Shown one piece after another: positions 31,000 through 58,796 of a stretch of DNA of 64,000 nucleotides. This stretch comes from the human T2T-CHM13v2.0 reference genome, Homo sapiens. How positions within the stretch are numbered: the first letter of the stretch is position 1; every line of letters starts with the position of its first letter. The DNA is taken from the NCBI RefSeq assembly GCF_009914755.1, contig NC_060930.1; one strand, 5' to 3'. Below the pieces are notes generated by a model. That model had not been told where the DNA came from, made no database searches, and saw only the letters and a list, made by a program, of their open reading frames with translations. Position numbers and translations under genes: made by a program.

Positions 31000-33900
31000 G
31001 ATGTAAGTCTAGACTTTTCAGAAAGAGCACAGTGTGAACCAGTGCTCTCAACCTCAGCACTATTGACATTTTGGACCAGGTAATTCTTTGTTGGTGATGG
31101 AGGCTGTTGTGTACATTGCAGGTTCTCTAGAAGTGTCCCTGGCTTCTACTCATTAAATATCAGAAGAAATCCCTGTTATGACAACCAAAAATTCCTCCAA
31201 ACATTGCCACATGTTCCCCAAGGGTGATGGGAGGGAAGGGAGGGGTGGTGAACTATCCCTGGGTAAGAACCATGGGTGTGAACCATTTGAAAAAATCTGT
31301 GTTGAACAAGCCACTATTAGTTATGGAGCAGCTGAGAATTACTTTGAAAAACATCTGTTGAAAATCTTGGTCCTACAGAAAATGAAAATGTTGTAGAATT
31401 CTGGTCCCAATACAGTGCTATGTTTCCAGAAAATGAACTTGTGGAGAACCAAGATTTACTGATTTCCTTGCCTTTATAATCAGTCATCAAATCATATCAT
31501 TTATCTTCCATAGCATCTTCTTTCTTAATTTCTGTGCCACTGGTCCACTAATTATCTGTAGTAATGAATCACAACCAGAGCCATTTTATTCCCATTTAAT
31601 GCCCCAACTAACTCATTTCTCTCAGTCTTCCACTCCCAACAATACTAGCAGGCATCAAATTTCCAGCCTTGGCCAGAGGTAGAACTCTTGGTTTTGTAGT
31701 CAATTCCCCTCAGAAAGGGAGAAACCAAGAAAATGACATTCTCATACAGACAGTTTGCAAAAATGAGCAGGTCCCAGACTTTGAGTACGACCTTTGCAAA
31801 GCTCTCTTTGTCCTTTAGAAACGATGCCCTGGATCAAAAATGTCTGTCTTTTTATTCTTAAATTATCTAAGCACTTTCTTTACAGAGAGAAAGTTAAAAA
31901 ATAAACATGTGTGAAGTCGCTGTCACTGTGGTTTGCATGACTAGCACTGTAATCCATGCTCATGTGTCCCAGTTAGGGTCAAAAGGTTTGGCAAATAAAA
32001 CCAGAGGATGCCCACTTAAATTTGGATTTCCAATAAATTATGGTGTGTATCTGAAATTCAGATTTAACTAGGAACCTGTATTTTATTTGGCAACCTCAGG
32101 CCAACTTGCTAGTCAAACCTCAGAACAAGGAGTGATTTAATACTTCCTTGTGTTCTTCAACACATGCCCAGGAGAGACATATAGAACTTTTAAAATGATA
32201 AATGCAAAATGAATGAAAATTTCTCCTATACATTGGAATTAGCAGCCCTTGCATCTCTGCTCCCACTTCAAGAAACAACCTGATACATATGAATATCAGG
32301 AATTCTGTCAATAATTCAGACACAATCTGGTCACTACTCACTAATAATGGGCAGACTCTCAATCTCTAGAATCAGAGAATCTGAATAGAAACATAATCTC
32401 TTCTACTTGGGTCAATTTTTACTAACCAAAGCCTTTTTGTAATCTATCAAATGCATTTAATAATGGCATCATCTTCACAGGATTATTTTTAAGTGTAAAA
32501 TTAAATAATGACTTCTTAGCACTGATCACATAACAAACACTCAAAAATATTTTCATTTTAATTTTTTATGATCCCTTTAACTGCAGCTCACATTATTTTT
32601 CTTATTCCTTGATTCTAAAGCAATTAGTATCTTCATCATGATTTTGCAATTGTTTTCTGTTCTTCTATTAGTTTCATAAAGAATTGTCATTCTGAAAACA
32701 TAGGGCAGAAATACTAGCTTATGTCTAATAATGCAGTATACCTAAACAAACCTCACACAAAAGGCATCTGCTGACATAGGAGAAAGGGACTTTCTACATG
32801 CTCAGATTTAAACTGCAATCTGATTTCTAGCACTACATTTGGGATACTGGGTTTTACTTATATCTTCTCAATTTTAGATTCCAGAGATGTATATGTTTTT
32901 AAACACCACAGATAAAATAGGATCATTATTGAAATTGTATACTGAAAATCAAAGGCCTGGTACGCAGTCACTGCAAAATGTTATACGGCATGTACTGATG
33001 GAGACCAGATTCATTTTATTCATCACTCCATTCTCATGATTTAGAGTAGTAGCTGGCATATTCTAAGTCACTAATAAATATGGGCTGTGTGAAATATTGG
33101 CTGTGTGATGTTTTGCATGAACATTCACCACTGCACACAGGGACCCTCTCGTATTTCCTTGCCAATGATGACTGAGCATCTCTGGTTCACAGATCCTCCT
33201 GCTTCTCTTCAGCCTTTTTAGCCTTCTCCTTTAGATTCAGCTGGCTCCCTGAACCCAGAGCGCAGTCCTTCCCTGAAGCTCTCTACTCAGAACAGTCAAC
33301 CTTAACCTCATCCTCACTTCTATTTGCTCTTCAAATGGTCCAATCCATTTTCCATCCTGGATACTCCATTGACTGCAAATACCAACTCCAGCAAACCCAG
33401 CACTTGCTTCTCTCTCACATTCTCACTTCACCCACTTTGTGATACTCATTGGCTTCTCCCTTCTTCTTGAAAAAAATCTATTTTCCTTGACTTACATGCA
33501 TTGTGTTCTCTTGGTTTTTCTTCAACATCCCTGGGGCTCCCTCTCAGTCCCCTTTGCTGGCCTGTGACTTCTTCTTTTTTCTACACACAAGCTATTACCC
33601 TATGTATCCTCTTCCACTCCCTGGAATTTAACAGAGTACACGTATTGATGCCATCAACATAAACACCTCCAGCCCTGAACTCACCATGAGTCTCTTAAAT
33701 TCCCTTGACCTTCTGATTGTTCCACATAAATGTCAATAAATCATTTCCAACCACCCACTTCAAATAATTTCCTCCCACAATTTTCCCTATCTCAATAAAC
33801 AACACCACCATCCGCTTATTTGTCAAGACAAAATCCTTAGAAATAAGCTTGATTGTTCTATCCCCTTTACAGTAATCCATTAACAGGCTAAGCAAATTAC

Positions 33901-34904
33901 ATGCCGAGTGTGTCCCCAAGTTTAGTGGCACCTCCAGAACACACACAGGAAGGGGCTTGCAGGGACCACCTATGTGCAATGGAGGGTCTGAAGGTGCCTT
34001 TGTATAGCACTTACCCTAACAATGTGATAAGGTCAACTGTGCAATCGAAGTATTCAGGGGTCTGAGAGATTGATCAAGGACTCAAAGTCAGCTGTTGACA
34101 GAAAAACACTGCTGTAAAATAATTAATATTTTATGTGAAGAGTGTTCAATCCCTCATTCCTGGTTCCCATTAGGATTTCCTCATTTGATTGAGGTTATGG
34201 CCCTTTACTATTATGCTTCTTTTGATTTATCATAAGGGAAGATATAAGAAGACTGTGCTAACTAATACGTTACAGAATGTTCAGGAAAGAGAACCCTAGG
34301 GAAAAACTATGAATTACATCAGCTGATGTAATCATGTAATTTTAAACATATAATTCTACATTTAGATAATTATTATGCTTTATATTAATATAAATGTGAC
34401 ATCTAAGATTCAGAATGGACTTCAAAGTACAACTATACATATAAAGCTCTGCATTAATTCACACTGTACCACAGTTGAGATAGGCACTCCTTCCTTATGT
34501 GCCTTAGTGTTTCCAGGAGCAGGATTCTCACCATGCTGCAATAAAAATGCACATTTGACTTTGTACTCAGAATTGTACTAAAAGCTTTCTATGCTTCATA
34601 TTTTTATTTAATTCTCACATCAGCTCAGTAAAATAAACACCGTTTTCATGCTTACAGGTGGAGAGACTAAAACGATGGAAATAAAACAAATTTTGCCAAG
34701 ATACACTAGTAAACAGTACACTATAGATTGAGCCAAATTATATACCTCTCAAGCTCAGCCATTAGATCATACTCCTTCAGAAAGAAGGGGAAAAGCAAAA
34801 GAAAAAGAAAAAAGAAACAAATTTGTGAAAAAAAGAAATTAATTGTGATAGTAGTAATCCAGGAAATCCAGCTAAGGTTCATGTTAGTATTTCAGGATAA
34901 AAGG

Positions 34905-35857
34905 GTGGTGATGCTGGCAGTGGCGAGCTGTCCAGAGTGGCCGGCTGCAGAGGGAAGTTGCAAGCGGTGGCGGCAGCAGCCACTGAGGGAGTAGTGGCCG
35001 TGGTGGGACCCTTGTGCCCCATATCCCCTGTGCCTCGCGTCACTGAGGCAGCTGACTGCACTGACCCCACTCTTGAACAGCCAGCAGGACCGCCTCCAGG
35101 CCCAGAGCCTTCACTCCTGCGTTGCTGCTCTCACCCTGCAGTTGTGGGGAGGGCATGGAGCTGGGGCCACCCTTCAGTGACCCGGGGTGGGACATGGGAG
35201 TGGCCTCACTTTGAGGACCCGGCCAGCGGCAAGGCCGCTCTCCCGCCCTGCCAAGGGCGCCCAGTTCCTGCGCCTCAGGAAGAGGCTCTGCTTGAGGCCG
35301 TCCAGGGTTTTGTCCCCGCGGGTGGCCACCCAGCCTGATGCTCCTGACAGCCAGGCCCGGGCTGGGATCTGTTCCCCAAGGTGCCTCCCCCGCCCCATCC
35401 AGGCGAGAAGGAGCCCCGGGCACCCTGAGTGCTAGCAGAATAACTTGCAGAGACATCACCCTTGCCCCACATGCTGGCCTGCGCCCAGCGAGGGGAGCTG
35501 CCCACCCCAGGCTGCCAGAAGGTGTGACAGGGGATACCTGCAGGCTCCACGGAATGGGTTGGAAACCCCACCCTCCCGGCCCTCCCCGCAGGCAACAGGA
35601 TCCAGGCCTCTCTACACTCCACTCCCTCAAGGCTGAGAAGGCCCTCCTGTCCATGCAGCCTTGGGGGTGTCTGTTCCCACTTTCTGGCCTCTCCCTTGGC
35701 CTCACTCGGGTCCCAGGTGCCCACTCTGATCTCAGAGTGGAGTTGGGGCAAAGCCCCAGTGCTGTCACAGACTGGCTGGGTGTGTGCACGCTCAGGGCAG
35801 TGTTGACACACCAGCCTTTTGCCACCTCAGTCACAGGGAAGCCAAGGGAAGATGGGC
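34905..35857 (+). mobile_element. Truncated paralogous copy of the MER52-like LTR
   Basis: Colinear with 59082-60007, ends abruptly at gatgggc. Confidence 0.65.
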
Positions 35858-36479
35858 ATGTAATATTTGAAGTAAGTTTCTTATAGGGAGCATGTCGAAG
35901 AGTCATTGCTTTTCACTCTGGCATTTGTCTTTTTACACACTTTACATGTAATGCAGTTATTAATATGTGAGCTCTTATGACTGCCATCTGTTTTTTGTTT
36001 TCTTTTTTGTTTCCTTTGGTTTTTTCTTCTCTGGTTTCTTTTCCTATTTTCCAATGTGTTCCTTAAGCAATTTTTAGAATTCCATTTTTGAATCAATCTT
36101 TTTTTGGTGTATCTCATTGTATAGTTTTCGTGATTTATCTGTCTGTTAACATAACTTATCATAGTCTACTGGTGCTGACATTTTACCAATTTGACTAAAG
36201 TGTGGAAACTTTACCTCCTTTATATCCCTTTCCACTTCTGCATGTGTAATATATATGTTTTATTTTCTCTACTTGCATCAAAACCACATCTATCAATGTT
36301 GTAATTTTTGCCTCAACCATCAAGTTAATTTACAAAACTGAAGAAGTCTGTTGTATCTAACCATATTTTTACTCATTTGTTGTTTACTTTTTTCCCAATT
36401 GTCCAAGATTTCTTCCATTATCATTTCTATTCCAGTTAAAGCACTTCCTTTAGCCCTTGTTTTAACATAAGTCTCCTAG

Positions 36480-36840
<361 letters not shown>

Positions 36841-37894
36841 AAAGTAAAAGGAAAAAAAAGTCATGATAGAACATTTTATAATAATGTTTTTACTGGATAT
36901 ACATTCTAGGTTAACATTCCTTTCAACCATTAAAATATCTTGTGCCACTTCTGTCTGGTCTGCCTGATTTCTAATGAGCAATCCACTGTCATTTAATATA
37001 TTTTCTCCTGTGCATGAGATGTCCTTTCTCTCTTGTTGCTTTTGAGATTTTTTTTGGCATAAATTTCTTTGGATTTATTTTCATTTGGGTTTGCACAGAT
37101 TCTTGAATTTTTACATTTAAGCCTTTGTCCAAATTTGGAAAGTAGTCAGTCTTCCTTCAAGCACTCTTTGGGCATCACCCATTTGTCATTTCCCTCTAAG
37201 ACTCCAGTAACACAAATTTCATACCTTTTGTTATAATCTTACAGATTTATCAGCATGAAATCATACTAAATATTATGAAAAACTTTACAACATAAATATG
37301 CATGTAATAAATAATTCAAAATGTACAATGTACTGTGCATGTAATGAATAAATTATTCAAAATGTACAATGTACTGAAGCTGACAAATAACATAAAATAG
37401 GAACAGTTCCACATCTCGTAGAGAAAGTAAGTCCATTCTATAAAGCTTTCCCAAGACAAAACCCTAGGTTCATCTAGCTTCAGTAACTACTTAAAAATAT
37501 TTAAGGAACAAACAACATTAACTTTATACAAACTTCAAACATATTTGAAAAAAGGAAAAGCACTTGCAATTACGTTTGATGAGATCTGTGTAAACTTTAC
37601 TTCAAGACCTGAAGGGAACTCTATAACAAATAGGAATTAAGAGACCAATAACTCTTATGAGCCAAGTTCTTAAGGAAATATTAGCCAAGTGAATTCAGTG
37701 ATATAAAAGATGGCTACTATATCATGACCAAGTGGAGGTTATTCCAGAAATGTAAGGTTGTTTGAGCATTTGAGAATCAGTTAGTGTGATTCATGACATT
37801 AACTGAAGGAAGGAGAATACACATGCAACCAACTGAATAGAGTCATGAAATACGATTTGACAGAATTCAGCACTTGGCCTTAATTTTCCCCCAC

Positions 37895-38105
37895 TTTCGC
37901 TGTGCTCCTGCTCTCACCATGTGATACCCGGGCTCCCCTTTCCTTCCCCCATGATTGTTAGTTTCCTGAGGCCCTCACCAGAAGCAATTGCCAGCACCAC
38001 ACCTCCTGTACAGCCTGCAGAACCCTGAACCAGTGAAACCTCTTTTCTTTATGAATTACCCAGCCCCAGGTATTTCTTTCTGGCAATGTAAGAATGGACT
38101 AACAT
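37895..38105 (+). mobile_element. MST/THE1-type MaLR LTR 3' fragment
   Basis: CCATGATTG..AGTTTCCTGAGGCC..AAACCTCTTTTCTTTATGAATTACCCAG..GGACTAACA. Confidence 0.7.
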
Positions 38106-41100
38106 AATTATGCTCTATCATGGACAAATAGAAAACAAAACCAAGAAAATAATTTTATCAACTTCCTCACCTCTTTGCTTTTTTCTTCTACTTTTTTCAA
38201 CTTAAATTTGCTTCTTTTTATTATTAAAAGTTTACACCTTTGATTTTTACATATTTATCCCTTTATAATACAGGCATTTAAAACTAAATATTTTTCTCTA
38301 AGGACTGCCTTGGTTGCATCTTGAAAATTTTTAAAATTCATTTTAATATTATTTTATTTAAAATTATTTTCTAATTTCCTTCTGATTTCCTCTTTGACAA
38401 GCCATAAATTATTTAGAAATGTATTATTTTAGTTCCAAAAATTTAGGCAGTTTTCTCAATCTTACTAATTTGTAATTTGATAAGATTGTGTTCAGAGAAT
38501 ATACTCTGTATGATTTTATTCTTGTAAAAGTACTGAGTCTAGTTCTATAGTCATAGTATTTGTTCTATTTCATGAATTATCTTTGTGCAATGCAAATAAA
38601 TAAATATTTTGTAGTTATCAGATGTTGTCAATTTATGTCAATTATAAATGCCAACTAAGTCAAGATGGTTGAAAGTATTGTTCCTATCTTGATTTCCTTC
38701 CTGATCTTTGCATGAAGCTAGAGAGATGTTTGTTGTCTTCTGTCTACGTCCCTAGTTCCCACACAACCAGCATGAAGTCAGAAAAAGTTCTGGAAAGAGA
38801 ATCAGCTGACAGGGTAAAGTAGATATGTATTATTCAGGGGCCCTCTATAGATTGTAATGCATCACACAAGCCCACGGGGCTATTTACAACTCAGCTGGTT
38901 TGTCCTTGCTCTCTCACAATCTCCCTTTCTCAGCCAGGCTTAATCTTCCACCCATGTTAAGATTCAGTAGATGGACCAAAGAATAAGAGTGGACACTTGT
39001 CCCTGCTCACCTAAGTGGGATTTGTTCATCTCTGGAATTTGGAATTTTTATACTTTTTGATCCACAGCTGGTTAAAATTTTAAAAATAAGATTATTTTCC
39101 AGTTTATCCATTTAGTTTAGTCTATATATCTTTTTGCTCTTATAGTAACAGTGACAATTCTTATAATTTTCCACCTCCTCACTGCATTGTGGTTTAATAT
39201 TTTTTCCAATCTATGTTGATAGTCCTACATAATTTACTTAAAGCCCTGAATATTTTTCCTTTGTATGGCTATACCACAGTTTACCTTTCTTATATCTAAA
39301 TGTAGAGAATGTTTCTTTTCTCCCCTGTTACATTTTTTTTATGTCATCATGGATATATGAGGAAGAATTTACTGAGACTGTAACAACCTAGAGTGGAAAT
39401 ACTGTATTATCCAAACTACTCACAGGGTTACACCAATATATGCTCACCGTGCCCCATACAGCACCAGATGTCATCCTGCAGTGTGCTGTCACTTCACATG
39501 CTGCATAGTTTTTAGGATGTACAAAATTTTTATAATCAAGACAAATTAATCAGTTTTTCTTTTTGAATCTGGAAATGTTTTTGTTATTCCAAACCGTGGC
39601 TCAACAAACGACCAATTTTATGTCTCCTTGGGCTCATGTAGGATTGTTCTTTAAGACGGATGTTAAAATGAGATTTTTGTTGTTTTCATCAGCATATAAT
39701 AACTGTATTTTGAGTTTTAATAGACACTACTACACTGCCATAACTCAAAATCCTAATAATATGAGAGAGTCTATTCCCTTAGAATCTTGATTTTAAAACA
39801 AACTATTGTACTTGTCAATTGTGGAGTGGGAGAAATAGTTTATTACACTGCTGTTTGAATTTGGATTTTTCTGTTCATTGGTGCGTTTGAGCAAATATTT
39901 ATATTTATTGGCTATTTGAATATTCTCTTCTATAGTGAGTCTATATCCTTTGCCCAATTATCTATGGCATTTCCATGAATTTATTTATTGATTAGTTAAC
40001 AATTTTTCTAAGAAAGTTAGCCCATTGTCTGCCTTACGTGATCAAATTTTTCCTGAGCGTCATATACTTCTTTTAATTTTGTTATTTTCTTCATGCAAAT
40101 AAATCAGTAATCTTCTTCAAATATTTTTTCATTTGTATCTTTTGGATTTTATCTTGCTTACAAAGTCTTATTTTTAAAAAAAGAATTATTTTAACACGCT
40201 TACTAAAGCATAATTTACATACTACAAAATTCACTCATTGTGTTCACAGCCACGGTTTGGAATACTACAAAATTCACTCACTGTATATGTAAAATTGAAT
40301 GATTTGAGTAAATTAATAGATTTGTGCAATTATCACAACAATCCATTTTTAGAACATTTCTGTCATGTCCCAAATTTCTCTATTTATAGTTAAGTCCCAC
40401 TGAGACCCCAAACCCTAGGCACCCAGTGATCTGCTTTTGTGTCTATAAATTTACCTTTTCTAGATATTTCAAGTAAATGAAATCATATGACATGTAATCT
40501 TTCGTGTCCAATTTCTTTCACTTAGCTAACATTATTGAAGTTCACAAGTTTTGTAGTATGTATCATCATTTTGTGTTTTCATTTCTTTTTGTCTTTTTTC
40601 ATGTGTGTAAATTTATAAGGTACAAGTGTAGTTTTGGTACCTGCATAGATTGCATAGTGGTGAAGTCGGTGTTTCCACAGTATCCATCACCCAAATCACA
40701 TGCATTGTATCCATTAAGTAATGTCTCATCATCCGGAGTGCAAGGGTGGAAACCTGCTTTGGGAAAACTACCGTGATGTTCATGGTATCTCCGCTGCCAG
40801 ATGAGTCTAGTTTTGCCCCCTTTTATTGTTGAATGACATTGCCTTGCCTGGATGTAGTTGAATTTTGTTTATCTATTTACTAGTTGAAGGATATTTGGAT
40901 TGTTTTCAGTTTTGGCCTACTATGGCTAAGGCTGTTCTGAACCCTAACATATATCTTTGTGAGGACATACGTTTTTATGTCTCTTAGGTAGATTCCAAGG
41001 AATGAGATTGCTGGGTCATAAGGCAAACATATGTTAAACTATTTAAGAAATTGCCAAATTATCAGGTATTTGTAAACTCATATACTCCCACCAGCAACGC

Positions 41101-41559
41101 ATAAGGGTTTAGAAAGTCTATTTGTCTTCAAACATAATTATAATGATGATGACAGTATTAGAAATAACATCTGTCTTGGTAATTTTATATTTTCTCTTTA
41201 TGTTTCAAGTTTTATTTATCCAGGATCTATTTAGTGAAAGAAATGAGTTTGGAATACAACTTACAAAAACTGAAACTAAATCTCAACTCTTTCTGTTTCT
41301 AATTCTAGACTCTGTTTTATTAACATATTTAATTAAAAAAATCAGTAACAAATGCATTTCTAAAAGTAAATGTATAGTGTGTTTTAGTGCCTTACAGAGC
41401 TATTCATTCCTTATTCTACTTTTTTTCAATAATTTCCCTGGAAAATACATTTACCTCATAAAATAACATGTCAGAATACTTAATTGAGTTCTAAAAACAA
41501 TCCTATTTGCTTGCTTTTTTGTTCTATTGTAATTGAGTTAATGGCTGACATTTAATAAC

Positions 41560-41737
41560 TCTCTCTATATGTGTGTGTGTATATATATGTGTATATATGT
41601 GTGTGTATACATATATATACACACATATATATTTGCATATGTATGTGTGTGTATATATATGTATACACACACACATATATACACACACAGATATATATAT
41701 ATATATATATGCACACACACATATATATATATATATA
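41560..41737. repeat. Compound (TA)/(TG)/(CA) microsatellite
   Basis: Direct inspection. Confidence 0.93.
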
Positions 41738-43249
41738 AAGACCCAAAACCCTGAATTGAGGGTGCCTGTCAGGAATCTATAGGCCTTCGTGTGGAAGTTA
41801 ACTCAAATACTTACGACCTGATAGTACCACAATCTATCATTTCCCTACCCTGAAATCAATTTCTGCTACTCCAGCCACCATTTCTTTATTTTTAAAAATA
41901 TTTGATTTTGCTCCTTTTCTTCCCATGTGCATCAGGCCGACTCTGCAAAGGTTGCATCCTGGCTTGTCTGAGCCCGTGTGATCCCACAGTCGTTCCAATG
42001 CATGAGAAAGTGGGTACTGGGAACAATCTGGAAACAGTTTAGTTGCTCCTTCTAAAGGCACACAGGAGAAAGGAGTATCCTTTTCCTGCCTCTGGGAGTT
42101 GTTGTGAATGAATAACAAACCTAAAGCTGCTGCAGGGGTCACCCTACCATCTCAGGAAAGCTGAGATACTGTGTGTGATAGAGAGATGAGCTATGAAGTT
42201 CCAGGATTGCTGGTGATGCCACTGGCCTGCTGAGTTGAGCAACCCTGAAGACGCCCAGTCTTGGATCTATCAGCTATGTGAGATAATGGGTTAAAGAAAA
42301 ATAAAGCCCACTAGATGTAATTTCCTGTTATTAGCAGCAGAAGGCATCTTCATTGAAATATTCATTCCACACATTTTGGTTCTACCTTGTAATTCCACAC
42401 CACGAGTCTCATATAAAATGAGAAAATCATTTCCTCAACTTAGGAAATGAGGTCTCTTTGTTGCATCTCTGTGATCAAACAGAACAGACATAATTATCAG
42501 CTTAATATATTTCTATAGGATTTATACTCTTACAGGATTTATATGTACTTGTACTGCTACTTATGTACAAGTAACATATAACTAAAAATAAAATATGCAT
42601 AAAAACTTTTGATTGAAAATAAAATAACAGTCGTCTCTGTCAGTGGAGAAATTATGCTCAAATGATTATTACTTTGAAATAGACCTCTGAATTATGTACT
42701 TTTATATTTGACATTTCATACTGACTCTCAGGTAGAACATAATGGAGACTCCATTCTCCGTCTTCTAAATGTGTCTTTCTCTGAAATCTGTACAAGTCCT
42801 TTGATAACACTATATTATTGAAGTCTCTGGAGTGAAACACTATACACTAATTTACAGTTATAAATACAAAATATTGTAGATGGGGTGAAGAGTTCTGATT
42901 GACTTGCTGGCTGGTTTCTCATCGGTTTGCCAAGTTTGTTTCAGTTGTTATAGTCTGTTCTCAGTTTTTATGCACTGCCTTTTTAAATGTTAGCATTACT
43001 TTTTTAATTGACAAGTAAAAATTGTATAGCATATTTATGTGGAAGCATGAAGTTTTGTTATATGCCTATAGTGTGGAATGACTAAATCATGGTATTTAAC
43101 ATATACATTACCTCACATACTCATGACACACACGTGAAAATCATTATTCTGTTAGGAAATAATCTTCCCTTTTTCTTTTCTTTTCTTTTCATTTTTTGTC
43201 TTTGGAGCCAAATGGACCAGATGATATTTAACTCCATCTTTGAGAAACA

Positions 43250-43255
43250 TTTAAT
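43250..43255 (-). terminator. DRB3 polyadenylation signal (ATTAAA)
   Basis: ATTAAA ~290 nt after stop, in the DRB 3'UTR context ATTATTAAATGTTTCTCAAAGATGGAG. Confidence 0.75.
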
Positions 43256-43546
43256 AATGTAATGTGTTTGTGGTACAGGGTGAGTACAGATGCACAGGAG
43301 GCCATAGGGTTTAGGCAAAGGGGAGCACAAAAGTTGAAGATGAGGCGCTGCCATCAATGCTGGGACTTCAGGCCAAGGGCAGGAACTGAGGAAGCCACAA
43401 GGGAGGACATTTTCTGCAGTTGCTGAACCAGTAGCAACTAGGTCCTGAGAAAGCCCTCTCTCGTGGAAGAATAACAGCCAGGCGGGAAAGCTTTTCATCC
43501 TGCAAAGCTGGGGAAGAAGATTCTTCCTTAAATTGTCATCTGCACT

Positions 43547-56260
<12,714 letters not shown>

Positions 56261-56380
56261 GCTGGAGAAGAGGACAGGACCAGGGGCCAGAGGAGCAGGC
56301 AAGTCTCACTCAGGGAGAACTATGACCCCCCTCCACCCACATTCCAAATTATAGGGAGGAAGTTACTGATTTCCTTGCTC

Positions 56381-56471
56381 CTGGATTGGGTAATCTCGTG
56401 TCGGAGAACCAATCAGCATCTGAGTTCAACAGCATCATCAGTTGCTGCTCAGAGATGCTGTATGAAGGTCC
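56381..56471 (-). promoter_or_regulatory. DRB3 promoter S-X-Y module plus proximal CCAAT
   Basis: S GGACCTT 56465-56471; X1/X2 GAGCAGCAACTGATGATGCT 56431-56450; Y CTGATTGGTT 56407-56416; CCCAATCC at ~56383-56390. Confidence 0.92.
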
Positions 56472-57162
56472 TCTTCTGAAATAATTTCATTCTTTAAAGG
56501 AATGTTTTAATTTAGTACTTGAAAGGTTTGAACCAGTTGCATGTAAAACACTTTAATTGGGGAGCTATTGTGAGCCAGCTCTGTGCTGGTCAGTGATGTG
56601 TTCACAAGTTTGAGCCTTGTAAGAGCATTCATTTCCCACTTGACAAGACAACTGTTTGCAGAAGTGAGTGTGTGAGTGTGTTTAAGAGTAAAGGAGACGG
56701 AGGGAACATGGTTGTAAATCCGGAGTCCTTTAATCTTGTCTTTATTGTACCATATCTTAATGTCACAGATTTGGGAAAATTACTTCATGTCTCACAGTTG
56801 AAATGAAGGCACTGCGATCTTTCAGGTCTTTCAATACTGGAAAATTCTGTGATTCTCTAGACGCCTCAAGGAGCGGCAGCCCCAGGTATCTGGTAATATG
56901 ACAGAATGACAGCTATTGACTAGAGAGTGTAATCTGTACCTATTTCCAGGTAGTGATGTCTTTAATAAGTTAAAGGAAATTGAAAGTCTGTTAATAATTT
57001 AATCTGAGTAAAAATATCTTTTTCAAGCGTGTCTCCTGATGCTGCCCCCAGGTTTAGCGGCACCTCCAGAACACACACAGGAATGGGCTAACAGGGGCCA
57101 CCTATGTGCAATGGAGGGTCTGAAGGTGCCTTTGTACAGCACTTACCCTAACAATGTGATAA

Positions 57163-57547
<385 letters not shown>

Positions 57548-58796
57548 ACAATTCTGTTTTAAAATAATGAATATTTTATATGAAGAGTGTTCAGTCCCTC
57601 ATTCCTGGTTCCCATTATGATTTCCTCATTTGATTGAGGCTATAGCACTTTACTATTATGTTTCTCTTGTTTTATCATAAGGGAGGCTATAAGACGACTT
57701 TGCTAACTAATACATTTTAGAATGTTCAGGAAAGAGAACACTAGGGAAAACTATGAATTACATCAGTTGATGTAACCATATAATATTAAACATATTATAT
57801 ACATTTAGATAATTATTATGCTTTTTATTAATATAAATGTAACATCTAAGATTCAGAATGGACTTCAAAGTACAACTATACTTATAGCGTTCTGCATTAA
57901 TTCACATGCTACCACATAGGCACTCATTCCTTATAGGCCTTAGTGTTTCCAGGGGCAGGATTCTCATCATGCTGCCGTAAAAATGAGCATTTTACTTTAT
58001 ACTCAGAGTTGCACTAAGTGCTTTTTATACTTCATATTTTTATTTCATTCTCACATCAACTCACTAAAATAAATACCCTTTTCATGCTTACAGGTAGAGA
58101 GAATAAAACAATGGAGATGAAACAACTTTTGCAAAGATACAAAGCTAGTAAATGGTACACTATAGATTGAACCAAATTATATATCCCTCAGGCTCAGCCA
58201 CTATATCATAATCCTTCACATCCTATTTCTGAGAATAATGTCCTATGTATTAAAATTATTTATATTCCTATAATTTATGGATGCACATAGCAATATGGCT
58301 ACTTATGTTAATGAATGGCAGCAGTATACAATTTGAGGAAGATACTGTGTAGCAATTCTAGTTCCTTCAAAAGAATCACCTCATTATCATCCTTACCCTC
58401 CTCTGGAAATGGCAACATTTGCATTTATCTTATGTGATGACACCCATAGCTCCTGAGAAGTCTCCTTCTTATTAAAGGTAACAGTGACCTCAAAATTCCC
58501 AAATATAAACTATTGCTCAGAATTATTATTGCAGATTTCTCATCATAAAGTAGTAAATTTGATCATCTCAAAATAGAAGAAAAAAAGTGCCTCACTTACT
58601 TTGGAAAAACATACTTCTATTAATATAAAAAGTTCAAAATTTCATGGGAAAAAGTCACTACTGTCCCTGGATTTGAGAATAAACTATGTCTCTATACCAC
58701 AATAATAATTCAATACTATGGGAATTTGTGAAATTGCAACCAGAATATCACATTTAATTTGGTCAACAGAAAATAATAATTTACTTAGAAGCTAAT

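Larger units (their letters stand above)
30565..35857 (-). repeat. DRB paralog block C (intron 1 + upstream, exon 1/promoter deleted)
   Basis: 30565-33915 matches DRB3 ~50025-53076; 33916-34780 matches ~57046-58215; 34800-35857 matches ~58960-60007. Confidence 0.87.

Noticed and set aside
34879-35906. Overlapping long ORFs (up to 288 aa), also at 59060-60475
   Set aside because: GC-rich LTR sequence; frames are not conserved between the two paralogous copies
41524-41782. Y/I/C/V/H/T-rich ORFs
   Set aside because: Dinucleotide microsatellite translation
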